A stretch of DNA of 64,000 nt from Mobula hypostoma (taxonomy: Eukaryota). Below, piece by piece: positions 24,620-37,541 of this stretch. Under the pieces are notes generated by a model. It saw nothing but the letters and a program-made list of their open reading frames with translations. It was not told the origin of the DNA and did no database searches. Location of the stretch: contig NC_086097.1 of assembly GCF_963921235.1 (NCBI RefSeq), forward strand, positions 13,826,001 through 13,890,000. Direction: 5' to 3'. The translations under genes were made by a program, and so were the position numbers. The first letter of the stretch is position 1; each line of letters opens with the position of its first letter.

Positions 24620-25876
24620 AAAGAATCACTGTATTACAGCCACGAGTTCTGTGGCATATTCCACCCCCTCCCCCCCACCGCCGCTGTCTTTCTATAACCC
24701 TTTGACATGCTGAATTTTGCAGTCCTGCAAACTACACAGCTGGTAGTTTGGAGAGGCACGGTAGCATAGCGGTTAGAATAATGCTATTACGATGGCAGCT
24801 GTAAGATCAGGGTTTGATTGCTGCCAATCTCTGTAAGGACTGTGTACATGATCATATGGGTTTCCTCCGGGTGCTCCAGTTTCCTCCACAGTATAGCGTA
24901 CGACTCAGTAGGGTATAATTGGGTGTCATGGGCTGGAAGGGCCTGCTAGTGTGCTGTATCTCGTTATTTTAAAAAAATTAAATTAAAAAATAACAAGTAA
25001 CTTTGATTGATAGTGCCTTTTCCTCATAAACTTTACAATTTTAGATCCAAGTTTATTCAACCTAAGACAATAGCTGTTTGGTGCAACTTGTAGTGCTGAT
25101 GCTTCCCAGTTCCAGTGACTCAGCTTCAGTCTGACCTCAGTGTGGAGTTTGTGCGTTCTGTCTCTGAGTGTATGGGTTCCCTCTGAGTCTTCTGGCTTCC
25201 TCCCACACCTGAAGGTTTGGCATGATGTTATGCTAATTAGCTGTTAGAAATTGCCCCTCGTTGGCAAGTGATGGAAGTTATTCAGAAACTGGGGATAATA
25301 AACGATTCTACTACAGAGAGGCTCAAATGCATGCTCTAGGAACGGCTCCTCATTTTCCACCTTCCTGACAGTGCAACAAGAAGAGGGCATGTCCTGGGTG
25401 GTGGGTAGGTGGGTGGGATAGAACATTGAACAAAGAACAGTACAGTACAAGGACAAGCCCTTCAGCCCACAATGTTGTCAAGCTAATGATGCCTAATCCT
25501 GTTAGTAACTTTTTCCTGCACATATTCCATATCCTTCCATTCCCTGCACCTTCAAATGCCTAACTAAAAATCACTTAAGGACCCCTATTACATCTGTCTC
25601 CATCATCAACCCTGGCAGTGTATTCCAGGCAGCCACCCCACACTCTGTGTAGAAATAAAACTTATCCAATATCTTCTTCCTCTCTAAATGTATGAGAACT
25701 CCCTTCAGATCTACAAACTCTTTTTCTTTCCTTTCCAGTTCTGACAAAGCACCTCCGACCTGAAAAACTGATTCTGTTCCCTTCCCAAAGATGAGGCTCA
25801 ACCTGCTGGGGATTTCCAGCATTTGAAGATTTAGTTTCAGATAGTTAAAGAGAATTTGTGTAAGTGGTTCAATGAA

Positions 25877-26246
25877 GCAGTGGAGATACGTCCCTACCAA
25901 AGGAGATGTAAGGTGCTCCTTCCCTCCTGTAGCCTGCAGGTCACCCTTGGGCAAGGTGTAGCACCTGCTTAGCCTCCCCGATCAGGGTCATGTGGAGCCA
26001 TGGGAGTAGGTGGTGAATGGTTGTTTGCGTACCTGGTGCAGATCACAAGTCCTGGTTATGCGACCACTGACACCAGGCAATCTTTGAAGAGTATTGATGA
26101 CGACTGAGATCACCCATCTTGTAAAGGCACTGCCCAGAAGAAGGCAATGGCAAACCACTTCTGTAGAAAAATTTCCTAAGAACAATCTTGCCCATGAGAC
26201 CATGATTGTCTCTGTCATATGACACAGTACAAAATGATGATGATGA
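25877..26246 (+). mobile_element. Bov-A-like RTE-derived non-autonomous element
   Basis: gaagaaggcaatggcaaaccacttctgtag motif and (GAT)n tail. Confidence 0.7.
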
Positions 26247-26536
26247 GTGTAAATGTGTGCTCGATGGTTGGCACAATCTCGGTGGGCCAAAAGTCCTGTT
26301 TATGTGCCATGTGGCTGTGTAGTCTCTAATACCATGGGTTGTCTCGGAATGTTCAAAAAGCTCCCATTTCACAAAACTTGGTATGGATGGAAAACGTTCC
26401 CTCCCAACAAGCAACTATCACCCCACCATCTCTTCTAACAGTGTGGGGAGGAGGGGATCAAGGTCTAGTCATAGTTACATACATCAAAGTTGCTGGTGAA
26501 CGCAGCAGGCCAAACAGCATCTATAGGAAGAGGTGC

Positions 26537-26572
26537 AGTCGATGTTTCAGGCTGAGACCCTTCGTCAGGACT
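26537..26572 (-). ncRNA. Minimal type I hammerhead ribozyme motif (CAUC variant)
   Basis: Minus strand: AGUC-CUGACGA-AGG(gucucag)CCU-GAAA-CAUC-GACU. Confidence 0.6.
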
Positions 26573-26656
26573 AACTGAAGGAAGAGTGAGTAAGGGATTT
26601 TGGATCTCCCCCTCCCCCTCCAACTTTCAAATCCCTTACTCACTCTTCCTTCAGTT

Positions 26657-26692
26657 AGTCCTGACGAAGGGTCTCGGCCTGAAACGTCGACT
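26657..26692 (+). ncRNA. Minimal type I hammerhead ribozyme motif
   Basis: AGUC-CUGACGA-AGG(gucucgg)CCU-GAAA-CGUC-GACU: stem I AGUC/GACU, core CUGANGA and GAAA, GUC cleavage triplet, palindromic vestigial stem III. Confidence 0.8.
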
Positions 26693-27540
26693 GCACCTCT
26701 TCCTATAGATGCCGTTTGGCCTGCTGCGTTCACCAGCAACTTTGATGTATGTTGCTTGAATTTCCAGCGTCTTCAGAATTCCTGTTGTTTTCTAGTCATA
26801 GTTACGTTGACTCTTTCAAAGGCATCACTTGTGTGACAGAGAGAGATGGCAGAGTAGGAGAAGCATAGTTACTGCAACTCTGAGAAAGTGACGGTAGCTG
26901 TCATGCATTTTGCTGCAAAGATTGACGCCCTTAAAGAACAAAGCAGTGTCAAAGACCAAGAGAAGGAAATGCTCAAACCAACACTTGGCAGTCCTGTAGC
27001 TGTGGACAAGGCGAGGTGTCCCCGTGTTGGAGAAAAACTTAACAAGGTGGACTTGTGGAAATCACACTTTTTTTTCTGCAGCCACTATTAGAGATGCCTC
27101 CAGAGGAGGTGTGAAGGATTATATTATGAAATATGGGGTAGTTTCTTCTCACTGAACTGAGGCATTTTTATTCTTCTTTTGTGTGATTTTTGGCACAATA
27201 TTCACATAATGCTTAAACTCAAGTGGAAACTTGCCAACTCAGCAGTGATCTTACTGACACCCCTGTTAATAAGACATGGACAAGACCACAAAATTACTTT
27301 AACCTAACAGCTCGACTGACGCAGCACCTTTAAATCCATCAAAGTACAAATTATCACGACTGAGGTAACATGCTATTGGAGAAAAAAAAATGGATTCCCT
27401 GGAAATGAAAAATACCATTACCTCACATGGCTCCAGCAAGCTAATATTGCTGCTATTCATCTTCAGGGTATTTTCACTGCTGAGGCTGCACCTCTTGCCC
27501 ATTATAAGATGTCGTAAGAAAGTAGTGATGGGCTATTTAT

Positions 27541-28581
27541 GTACTGTATAGCTAGGGTGCCTAAGACTTTTGCACAGTACCGTAATTGTTAACATGGAGT
27601 GGAGAGCAAGTTTGTTAATCTGGTGGGAGCAAAGGATTCTGGGAATGGTGAAGAGGTGTGGAACGGGTGGCAAAGAAGAAGTGACGGGGCAGGGGGTGGT
27701 GCTGGTACAAACATACCCAGATCTGAGATACTAGGCAGGGTCATCTGATTCTAAACAATTGCTTTATTGATGATTACAGAATGTCTCTCTTGTGCTTCCT
27801 GCTCCCTTCCCTCTCCCTTTCCCTTTTCCCGACCTTGTACAAGGCATTGGTGAGGCCAAATTTGGAGTATTGTGTACAGTTTTGGTCACTGAATTATAGG
27901 AAAGATGTCAACAAAATAGAGAGAGTACAGAGAAGATTTACTAGAATGTTACCTGGGTTTCATCACCTAAATTACAGAGAAAGGTTGAACAAGTTGGGTC
28001 TTCATTCTTTGGAGCGTAGAAGGTTGAGGGGGGACTTGATAGAGGTATTTAAAATTATGAGGGGGATAGATAGACTTGACATGGATAGGTGCTTTCCATT
28101 GACAGTGGGAGAGATTCAAACAAGAGGACATGAGTTGAGAGTTAAAGGGCAAAAGTTTAGGGGGTAACATGAGAGGGAACTTCTTCACTCAGAGAGTGGT
28201 AGCTGTGTGGAACAAGCTTCCAGCAGAAGTGGTTGAGGCAGGTTCGATGTTGTCGTTTTAAGTTAAGTTGGACAGCTATACGGACAGGAAAGGAATGGAG
28301 GGTTATGGGCTGAGTGCAGGTCGGTGGGACTAGGTGAGAGTAAGCATTTGGTATGGTCTAGAAGGGCCGAGATGGCCTGTTTCCGTGCTGTAATTGTTAT
28401 TTGGTTATATGGTAGATGCACATCAGAATCAAGTTGATCATCACACACAGATGGCATGAAATTTGTCATATTTTTGCGGCAGTGGTACAGTACAATGCAT
28501 AAAATTATTACAGTGCTGTGCAAAAGTCTTAGGCACCCTAGCTACATATGTATATGTGCCTAAGACTTCTGCACACTACTG
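27541..28581 (-). mobile_element. Composite Tc1-like element, copy 2, interrupted by CR1
   Basis: Well-preserved palindromic terminus at 28511-28581 flanked by TA; body at 27583-27830; partial second terminus at 27541-27582. Confidence 0.75.
27831..28412 (+). mobile_element. Young CR1 LINE 3' fragment
   Basis: LYKALVRPNLEYCVQFWS...ERVQRRFTRML...RRLRGDLIEVFKIMRG, followed by the tail. Confidence 0.9.
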
Positions 28582-31551
28582 TAGATCCAAACAGCTCACC
28601 TACCCAGACAATATAGAGGACAGCTAAAAGTCAGCTGTGTTGTCTCATGTCTCTGTGCCAATATCTGGCAGCTTGCTGAGAGCAAACCTTCACCTCAAAA
28701 ATAGATTCACTCTTACGTATTCCCAGCAGCCATCTGCCGGTGAGTGAATATTCTACATTATCCTCACAATGTGAGGACCGACTGGTGAGAAGTATTTCAC
28801 AAAATGTAATACTCTTTTCCTTTGGTGAAGGCAGTGACATTTCTACCAAATTCTGTGGAATGTGTGATGATGTGTCAAGGAATAATGAAAGCTGTGATGG
28901 CAAGATGGATATTGTTTTTATGAGAGAACTTACTTGCATGGACTGTGATAATCCACCTGGTCCTTTAGAAAATTAAAGTGCCTCCATATAAAAATGTGTA
29001 AGAGTTCAATATGAATGTGATAATCAATTTGATGATTATGATTAAAAGTCAGACTTACTACTATTATCTGCCACAGCAATATTTTATTGTATTCCCTTAA
29101 GCTATTGGTTCTAATTTTGTTTACAATTCAGGTCAAAGACTCCGAGTTAGAATAGGGGAAAGGTGAAAACTGGTAAAGAGAAGGTAGGGGAGGATTGGGA
29201 TAGAACCAAAGGAATATATTTGATTGGGTCCAGGCAGGATTCACATTGTGCTCAATTGTTGACGAAGCCATCTAGTTGATACGTTAATAAGGGATGTTAG
29301 AAAGAAGACAAACAAAAGAATGTGGAGAGAACTGTGAAATGCTTAACTCAGAAGGCAATGTTACTGAGAGAAAGGACTGTTCATGTTACAGATGGATAAT
29401 CTACAGCAGAAAGCAAGTTTCCTGAATTTATTGCTGAATCTAGAAAGTTACAATATGCCCAGATGGAAGATGAAGGGCTGTTCATCAAGGTTATGCTAGG
29501 CATCATTAGAATGGTGTGAGTGGTCACAGACCGTTAGAAAAATTAAGCGATTTTCCTTTTTACTTTTGCCTTTTTGCTAATGTTGGTTTGCTGGTGATCC
29601 AAACAAGCTCTCTCCATAAAAGAACCCAAAGTCAGACAGCAAAAACAGGCTTTATATTCTGAGGTTTCTTATGGGAAGATAGCACAAGGTGAACAGAGGA
29701 ACACATTCAAAGATGTTTGCAGAGCTGCCTTGAAGGACTGTAACCTGCAAAGGTCTCCTGGGGATTCCTGGGCCAGAGCAGCTCAAAGTGGACAAAGGAC
29801 ATTTATGTTTGCACTGCGAGCCTTGATGCTACCCATCAGGAGCACACAACAGCTCAACTTAAACAACAGGATCCATTGGATCAACGAATCCATGCTTGCT
29901 CTTAGCTAAGCAATTGCATCAGTTCTATTTATCTTGTCTTACTCTGTGGTCCCAGAGCTTTGCTTCAGATTTGATCATCATACATCTTTATTGTCAAATG
30001 GCCTAACAATGGCCTGATACACTGAATCCTTATAAGAGGCAATATGACTGGAATTGGTCATTGCCACTAGTATGCAGGAAAACTATGTAAGCTGGGGGAA
30101 AGCTGATGGGAATTAGGAAAAAATACAATGGTAGGATTAGTGTCAATGTGTGTCTGATTATTGATTCAAAGTCTATTTATTATCAATAATGTATAAATTT
30201 TACAATCTTGAGATTTGTTTGTTTACAGGCAGTTGCAAAGCAAGGAACCGGAAATAAACCAATTAAAAAAAATAAGACCAACCCCTCCAGTGCCTATGGA
30301 GAAAGACAAAAAAACAAATCATGCAAACAATAGAAGGAGGCAACAACAACAGCATTCTAAACCAAACTGAGTACATTAATTCAAATCCTAGGAGCAGCCC
30401 AGAGTAGGCACAAATCCTCGGTATTCAGTTCATCATATTAGTGGGGCAAATTGCTGCTAAGTTCATAGACACAAAGCACAACAGCCGCAGGCAGTCACAC
30501 AGACTTACCATCCCAAAGAAAGGAACCATCAGACTATCTGGCCTGGCGATTAGGTTGTCCGAACTTTGCACTAGGACCTGGGCCCCGCCATGGCAAATCA
30601 TTCCGGGCCAGAAGAATATTCTCGACCTCCTGAAATCTGCTTGGTAACCAGAGCAACCCAACCTCAGCCGAATCTCGACACTTGCCTTTCCAGTTTATCT
30701 GGGCCAATGTTTAGATTGTCCAAACAGCAAATTGTACTTTGTCCTCAACCTCTCCCAATTGGCTCAGCACTTAGAGCAATCCACCCTCATACCTGGGCCC
30801 GCTGGATGGGCATCAGAATTCCTCTGTCCCACCTTCTCCTCTCCGAATTGTCCACTCCAACCAGCATGGCTCCAATTCCAAGTGTGTCAATTTTACAGGG
30901 CACCAGCAGGGCACATCTCTCGAGTTTGCTTCATCCTCACTCGCCTGTTCATTGTTTGCGGTGATAGTTTACCGCAATTTACTTCAAAAGGCGTGTCATT
31001 AATAGAATCAGAAAAACAGAAGTAATATGTGTTAAAAAAGTGAGGTAGTGTTCACGGATTCAACGTCCATTTAGGAATCGGATGGCAGAGGGGAAGAAGC
31101 TGTTCCTGAATCGCTGAGTGTGTGCCTTCAGGCTTCTGTACCTCCTACCTGATGGTAACAGTGAGAAAAGGGCATGTCCTGGGTGCTAGGGGTCCTTAAC
31201 AATGGATGCTGTCTTTCTGAGACACCGCTCCTTGAAGGTGTCCTGGGTACTTTGTAGGCTAGTACCTGAGATGGAGCTGACTAAACTTATGACCCTCTGC
31301 AGCTTCTTTGTATTAATCAAATTCCTTTGCTTTTGAACTATCAGTAAGCTGTTGCACATCCTTGGTGGTACTGTCTTAAACATGAAATGAACTCAGTGGA
31401 CTAAAAGGCCTCTTTCTGTGCTGTATTGTTCTATGAATTTCTAAGATATTTCAATTGGGAATTTTATCTTTTGAACTGAAGAACTGAGAGGAGATGAACG
31501 ATATGAACAATGGGCAATTGGTAATATCTCCTAGAGATAAGCAGGAAGAGG

Positions 31552-31958
31552 GATTGAATGGCTTATCATATGAAGAGCGTTTGATGGCTCTGGGCCTGTA
31601 TTCGCTAGAATTCAGAAGAATGAGTTGCAAAAGCCCTTGATCGAGTGGATGTGGAGAGGATGTTTCCTATGGTGAGAGCGCCTAAGGCCAGAGAACACAG
31701 CCTCAGAATAGAGGAGTGTCCCTTTAAAAGGGCGAGGAGGAGCTTCTTTAGTCAGAGAATGGTGAATCTGTGGAATTCTTTGCTGACTGCTGTGGAGGCC
31801 AAGTCTTTATGAATATTTCAGATAGAGGTTAATAGATTCAGGGCATGAAGGGATATGGGTAGCATGCAGGAGATTGGATCAGCCATGATGGAATGGCAAA
31901 GCAGACTCAGTGGGCCAAATGGCCAAATTCTGCACTATATCTTGTTCTCTTATGGTCC
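31552..31958 (+). mobile_element. CR1 LINE 3' fragment (older family)
   Basis: LSYEERLMALGLYSLEFRR motif and 3'UTR. Confidence 0.75.
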
Positions 31959-33400
31959 TTTTGTTTATCCTGTTGACCTACTCCACTCCAGCAAAAGCTC
32001 ACTGGAGAGGTATAGAACTTCAGAGAGAAATATTGGGATTTTAAACATATGTCTTGCCTGATGCCAGTCTGCACTAGAACTGGGTCTAGTGTGGACCCAG
32101 TGGTTAAGATCATGGCTTACAAATGATCACCAAGATGAATTTCTCAAATTTCTGAGTATCTTGTTCCACCCATCAGGAGCACATAGTAGCCCAAATTAAA
32201 CACCTGAAGAAACAGAACAGCTCACAATCTACCCAGCTGTCTAGCACAATAGGTTCCTCCTGCCCCATCTGTGGAAGGATTCAAAGTTCCGAAGTGGCCT
32301 TGTCAATCACTTTAACAGCCATAAAAACAGAGTACAATCAAGTTTTCCTTTGTCATGGGGCATCTAGTGAGATCCTGCACACCCGTTGGGCCCCCTGCAA
32401 CATCGTTAATTGGGTGACAATGACTTCCATCTATTAAAGTGTTGAAAAAAAGATGGCTGGTGGCGAAAACCAATCAGCGTTTGCTGACTGTCAAAGACTG
32501 AAATCTCTTGAATATTTCTGAAAGTCTCAGACATTCATAAAAATTCAAAAAACAATTAAAATCCAATGAAATGATAAATAAAAACTCAAACAGAAACTTT
32601 AAAATTAACCAAAGCAAACAAGTATAAACAGAAAAATGAATTAAAACTGAATTAATTCAAAAAAATGTAAATTAGCTCATGCCTACACTTCTTCACAGCT
32701 GCGCCTCCATTAAAATGGATGGGCATACAGTTCCTGCACCAGAGCTAACTGTCTCAGGTTCTGCAAGCAGAGACAACAGGATAGGTGCTGGGGAGTTGCA
32801 ACAAGTTCACTCCCTGCTGATGGACTCCATGTGGAGTTCAAAATCAGAACACAGTCAGCATAACTCCAGTGAAAAGCATGCGGCTTTCATGTGCTGTACT
32901 TGAAGGCACATGCATTGAGAAATGCCAACAGCCTAGTATGAAGCTACTGCTATTGCCCAGCTAATCCCGGTCAGCGAAGCATTTCCTGCCTCTGTATGCC
33001 ATGTACTTGTTCCCTCAATGAAATAGGTGATATTGTTCACTAAAGGGCAGGTCTCCTTGTACATTTTAAGGTACAGTATATTTTTATAGTTATCTTGCAT
33101 TTGCTTGTGCTTTGCTTCCTATTGCCCAAATTTACAATTTATAGAATAACCAAAAGTCTGCAAAATTGTCAATAAAATATTTGCAACTTAAGGAATCATA
33201 CCAATTCAGTGAGTCTATATAGATAACCTTAACCATGGTGAGCATTAGAAGAACCCATGGATAAATATTCGCACTCAATTGTGGCCACTCAGTAACATAT
33301 CACTCTGGGTTCTGATAAAACAACTCAATTTCAGTGTATATATATATGTGTGTATATAAATCCCAATTTATCATATATTAAAGAAGGACTTACACATTTC

Positions 33401-33707
33401 CCTGTGTGGGCACGTGGCCAAGTGGTTAAGGCATTGGACTAGCGACCTGAAGGTCGTGAGTTTGAGCCTTGGCCGAGGGAACGTGTTGTGTCTTTGAGCG
33501 AGGCACTTAATCACACATTGCTCTGCGATGACACTGGTGCCAAGCTGTATGGGTCCTAATACCCTTCCCTTGGACAACATCGGTGTCGTGGAGAGGGGAG
33601 ACTTGCAACATGGGTAACTGCTGGTCTTCCATACAACCTTGCCCAGGCCTGCGCCCTGGAGAGTGAAGATCCATGGCCTCGCAAGACTAGCAGATGCCTT
33701 TACTATT
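33401..33707 (+). mobile_element. tRNA-derived SINE with CORE-like segment
   Basis: A box tggccaagtgg, B box gtttgagcc, CORE-like tgtctttgagcgaggcacttaa; 10-bp TSD ttacacattt at 33390-33399 and 33708-33717. Confidence 0.75.
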
Positions 33708-33809
33708 TTACACATTTTCACAGAAACCAGATAGAAGTATCAAGTCCCATAGCTGTGGGTTACTGCTGCAAATCAACACAATTTTCATGATTGTATATGA
33801 ACTTCAAAC

Positions 33810-34320
33810 AGTACAGCATACTACAGACCTCTTGGCCCACAATGTTGTATCAAACTTTTAACTCTATTCCCTCTTACATAGCCCTCCATTTTTCTTTCAT
33901 CCATGTGCCCTTCTAAGACTCTTCTAAATGTCCCTAATGTGTCTGCTTCTACGCCAATAGCCACGACAGTGCGTTCCGTGCACTCACCACTCTCCGTGTT
34001 AAAAACCTACCTCTAAACCCCTCTTTACTTTCCTCCAATCACTGTGAAAGTCTGTTCTCTTGCATTAGCCATTGCCACCCTTGGAAAAAAGGTGCTGGTT
34101 GTTCACTCTGTTGTTGCCGCTCATCATCTTATCCACCTCTATTAGGTCACCTTTCATTTTCCATCTCTCCAAAGAGAAAACCTTTAGCTTTCTCAACCTT
34201 TTCCTTATAAATCATGTTCCCTAATCCAGGCAGCACCTTAATAAATCATCTCTGCACTCTCTCTAAAGCTTCCACATCTTTCCTATATTGAGGTGACCAG
34301 AATTGAACACGGTACTATGG
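33810..34320 (-). mobile_element. CR1 LINE 3' fragment (old)
   Basis: Reverse-complement CR1 ORF2 end and tail. Confidence 0.65.
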
Positions 34321-35019
34321 GTGAAGTGAAAAAGCAATTATTCAGGGTTTTAAGTGGCACCAGTACTACACTTGTCATGCCAACTGGGGCCAAGTCTGTC
34401 AGGAATTGCATTCTAGGCGGGCGATGGTTGAAAACTTGTTCTGACATTTGTTGCCAATCAAATGGAAACGAGATGCACAGTTATAGCAGAAGTAGGGGGT
34501 GAATCGATCTGAGCATACCTGTAAACCTCTGTTTGTAAGACTAAGATCTTTAGTAATCTTGCTGCCCTCCAACTCTTAAATCCTGTACTTATCCAGACCC
34601 ACTACCACAGACACATATGCCTACTACAAACTTGTCCTATCAGAATCTTTCTTCTCCAGCCCTTTATCTTTCCCACCTATCTTTCTCCTCCCCCCACACA
34701 TTTTTTATTATGGCTTCTTCCCCCCCCTTTCTTTTCAGTCCTAAAGAAGGGCCTTGGCCCAGAACTTTGACTGTTTATTCATTTCTGAAGATGCTGCCTA
34801 AACTGCTGGGTCCCTCAAACATTTTGTGTGCGTCGGTTTGGATTTCCAGCATGTACAGACTTACTTGCATTTTAGTTCTCAGCTTGGATGCTACAACTCA
34901 CAGTCTCTACATAAGTCAAATCCATCAAAGGCAAGTTCATCCCAGAGCTGGTAGGAATGGGGGAACTGGTATCTCTGCTGTATTTTCCAGCTATTTACGA
35001 TTGTCACCAATAAAGCCTT

Positions 35020-35183
35020 ACACGAGGAATTCTACAGATGCTGGAAATTCAAGCAACACACATCAAAGTTGCTGGTGAACACAGCAGGTCAGGCAGTATC
35101 TCTAGGAAGAGGTACAGTAGACGTTTCAGGGCGAGACCCTTCTGCCTGATCTGTTGCGTTCACCAGCAACTTTGATGTGTGTT
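35020..35183. mobile_element. Inverted Penelope-like mini-insertion
   Basis: Tailed arm 35020-35142 (minus) and short opposite arm 35143-35183; TSD accaataaagcctt (35006-35019) / accgataaagcctt (35184-35197). Confidence 0.85.
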
Positions 35184-36736
35184 ACCGATAAAGCCTTTTC
35201 TAGTTTCCCTTTTGACCATCTCTGCCGTATTAGGAAGTCCTCTGATTTGCATTAGGGAGAATACGTCAAGAGAAGTGTCTTCTTTCGTAAATTTTTCAGG
35301 TATTTCCTTTATCACACATTTATAATAATTATAGCACCTGTTTTGCTAGTCAGTGAACTAACTCCATTATGTATCAAACCATAACTGAAATATCAGCGCC
35401 TCCATTTGCAGCGGAAATATGATACAGCTTTTTATTGCCATCTCCCTGTTCCACATCTGAAGGTAAAGTGATTCATCAAAAGACACCATCCAACCAAATG
35501 TGCACTAGGTTTCTGCCATTCTCATCTCCAGTTCCACCTCTGTCCCCTCACTGTGATTTCTCCACCATGGCCTCTCCAACATCAGAGTCACAAATTCTTG
35601 GAAAGGTCCCAAACTCATTAACTGAACTGACTCCACAACCTATGGACTCACTTTCAAAGACTCTATAACTCATGTTCTCGGAATTATTTACTTATATACG
35701 ATGATGGTGTTGATAATGATGATTCATATAGTTTTTTTGTATTTGAACAGTTTGTTTTCTTTTGCACATTGGTTGTTTATCATTCTTTGGGTATAGTTTT
35801 CATTGATTCTATCCTATTTCTTTGTTTTACTGTGAATGCCCACAAGTAAATGATTTTCAGAGTAGTTTATGGTGAATTATATGTACTTTTGATAATAAAT
35901 TTACTTTGAACTTGGAACTTTGAACCAATGTAAAGCTGTTGGCTTAACTCAACCCAGGTGAGTGAAACATTGGCATCAACTGTGGAGTAGAAAGTGGCGG
36001 CAACTACATTCATTCTTGGCCAGTGCAAATTTTTCCTCTGTGACCGGAATAGTTCTTAGATTCCATCCCTTTGTGTTTCATGTTGGCAAATGTTAGGCAT
36101 TTTTGACAGTGTCCACCCTACTTCAACTCAATGCAAGTAGCTAGCAAAGGCTTGGGGCACCTCTATGCCTTATTCTCCCGAATTAAACAGGAATCTCAAG
36201 GAAATCGTAGACCGCCAAACTACCAAAGCAGTTTGTGGTATAGCACAAAAATCTTTGGGAAAAATATATAGTGTTACACAGTATAATAAGTTTTATAAAT
36301 CGCAAAAAACTTTTACAATCCATTAGTAAAGCTGTATTTAAGAAAAGTCAGAGCGGTTTTGTGCACACTACTATTCCACATAAGATATTTGTCACACATT
36401 GTTAGTTGAGGGACAAACATTGGTCAGACCAATAGCTGAAAGGACCTGAGCACTCGGACTAGTAACATCTTATCTAACGTATTCCATCCTCTGCACTCTG
36501 TTGGTACCTCGAGGGATGAACACACTGCTTCAGACCTTATATCGGCAATCTGTGCTAGTACAATAATTCTTGTCATTCAATAACCAGCTCACTTAAATAT
36601 GTGTTGACCTTGTAGACTATGTAATAGCATTAACTTGGGTGGAAATTCAGTGGAGTTGAAATCAGACACTGTTGGAAATTAAACAGACAGGGATGGCAAT
36701 GAGTGATTGGCCTCATTTCAGTGACCCTACTCCAAC

Positions 36737-37070
36737 GATCATCACCTTATCATGGTGGAGAGGTCTGTGCGTCCCTTCACACCCAAGAGCTATGCGGACT
36801 GGAGTTTATCCATCTGGCGCTTAGCTCCTCATAAAGTCAAAGGGGGGTTTCCAAACCAAGACTCAACAGTGGCTGGTTGAAGAGGATAACACATCACCAA
36901 GTGAGTGGAAGTGGAGGAAAGCTTCAGCAGTGGAGGGTGTCCAGTCATCTTCCACTCTATGCCACTATACACTGACCCCAATCTGTCAAGGGCCATGTAG
37001 TGCCTGCCCCTGCATCAGCCTCTCCACATTAAGCAAAGTCACGCATGGGCATTCTCCATTAAAGGCTAAC
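36737..37070 (+). mobile_element. RTE (BovB/Expander-like) 5'UTR remnant
   Basis: catcaccttatcatggtggagagg...gagctatgc resembles the conserved 5' end of RTE elements (from recall, not from an alignment). Confidence 0.45.
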
Positions 37071-37541
37071 ATCTTGGATTATGTGGATCCCAGATCAGCT
37101 TCTGTAGACACTTGAGGACCAAACAATAGACAACCTCTTAAGGGAATATCACACTCGACTCGAGTGATCGCACTACTACTGCTACTGGGACCAGATGCAG
37201 GGTGAACTGGAATATTCCCTGGGATGAACTTTTTCGGAAATATGATGGACCGAATGCCGTCCTCTTGTGCAGTAACGTCTGTCATGCTACGGTGACGTCA
37301 CCATGCTTCTGCATGACAGAATTACTGTGGAGATCCCCTCTGCTCTATTGAGCTGCGGTGGTGAGTCATTCCTCACCATCTAAAGCAAGAACACCACCAA
37401 ATGTCAGTTTATAACCCACTAGAGCTTTAAAGCAATAATCAAGAAGATCCCAGTCTGAAACATCAAATCTTATTCCTTTTTATACACGCTGCCTAATCTG
37501 CTGAGTTCCTCCAGCACTTTGCATGTGTTATTCAAGATATA

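Larger units (their letters stand above)
26479..26790. mobile_element. Inverted (hairpin) Penelope-like mini-insertion
   Basis: Arms 26477-26600 and 26629-26752 are reverse complements; the right arm continues into the tail ending gaattcctgttgttt; TSD tctagtcatagttac at 26464-26478 and 26791-26805. Confidence 0.9.

Noticed and set aside
26888..27091. ORF resembling a coding exon (KIDALKEQSSVKDQEKE)
   Set aside because: No matching splice-site pair and no recognisable protein family.
28725..28745. Possible microexon cccag|CAGCCATCTGCCG|gtgagt
   Set aside because: Length of 10 or 13 nt is not frame-preserving, and such motifs are expected by chance in 64 kb.
33404..33480. tRNA-like sequence (also at 10613, 60461 and 4447)
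   Set aside because: These are SINE heads followed by a repeat body, tail and in some cases a TSD, not tRNA genes.
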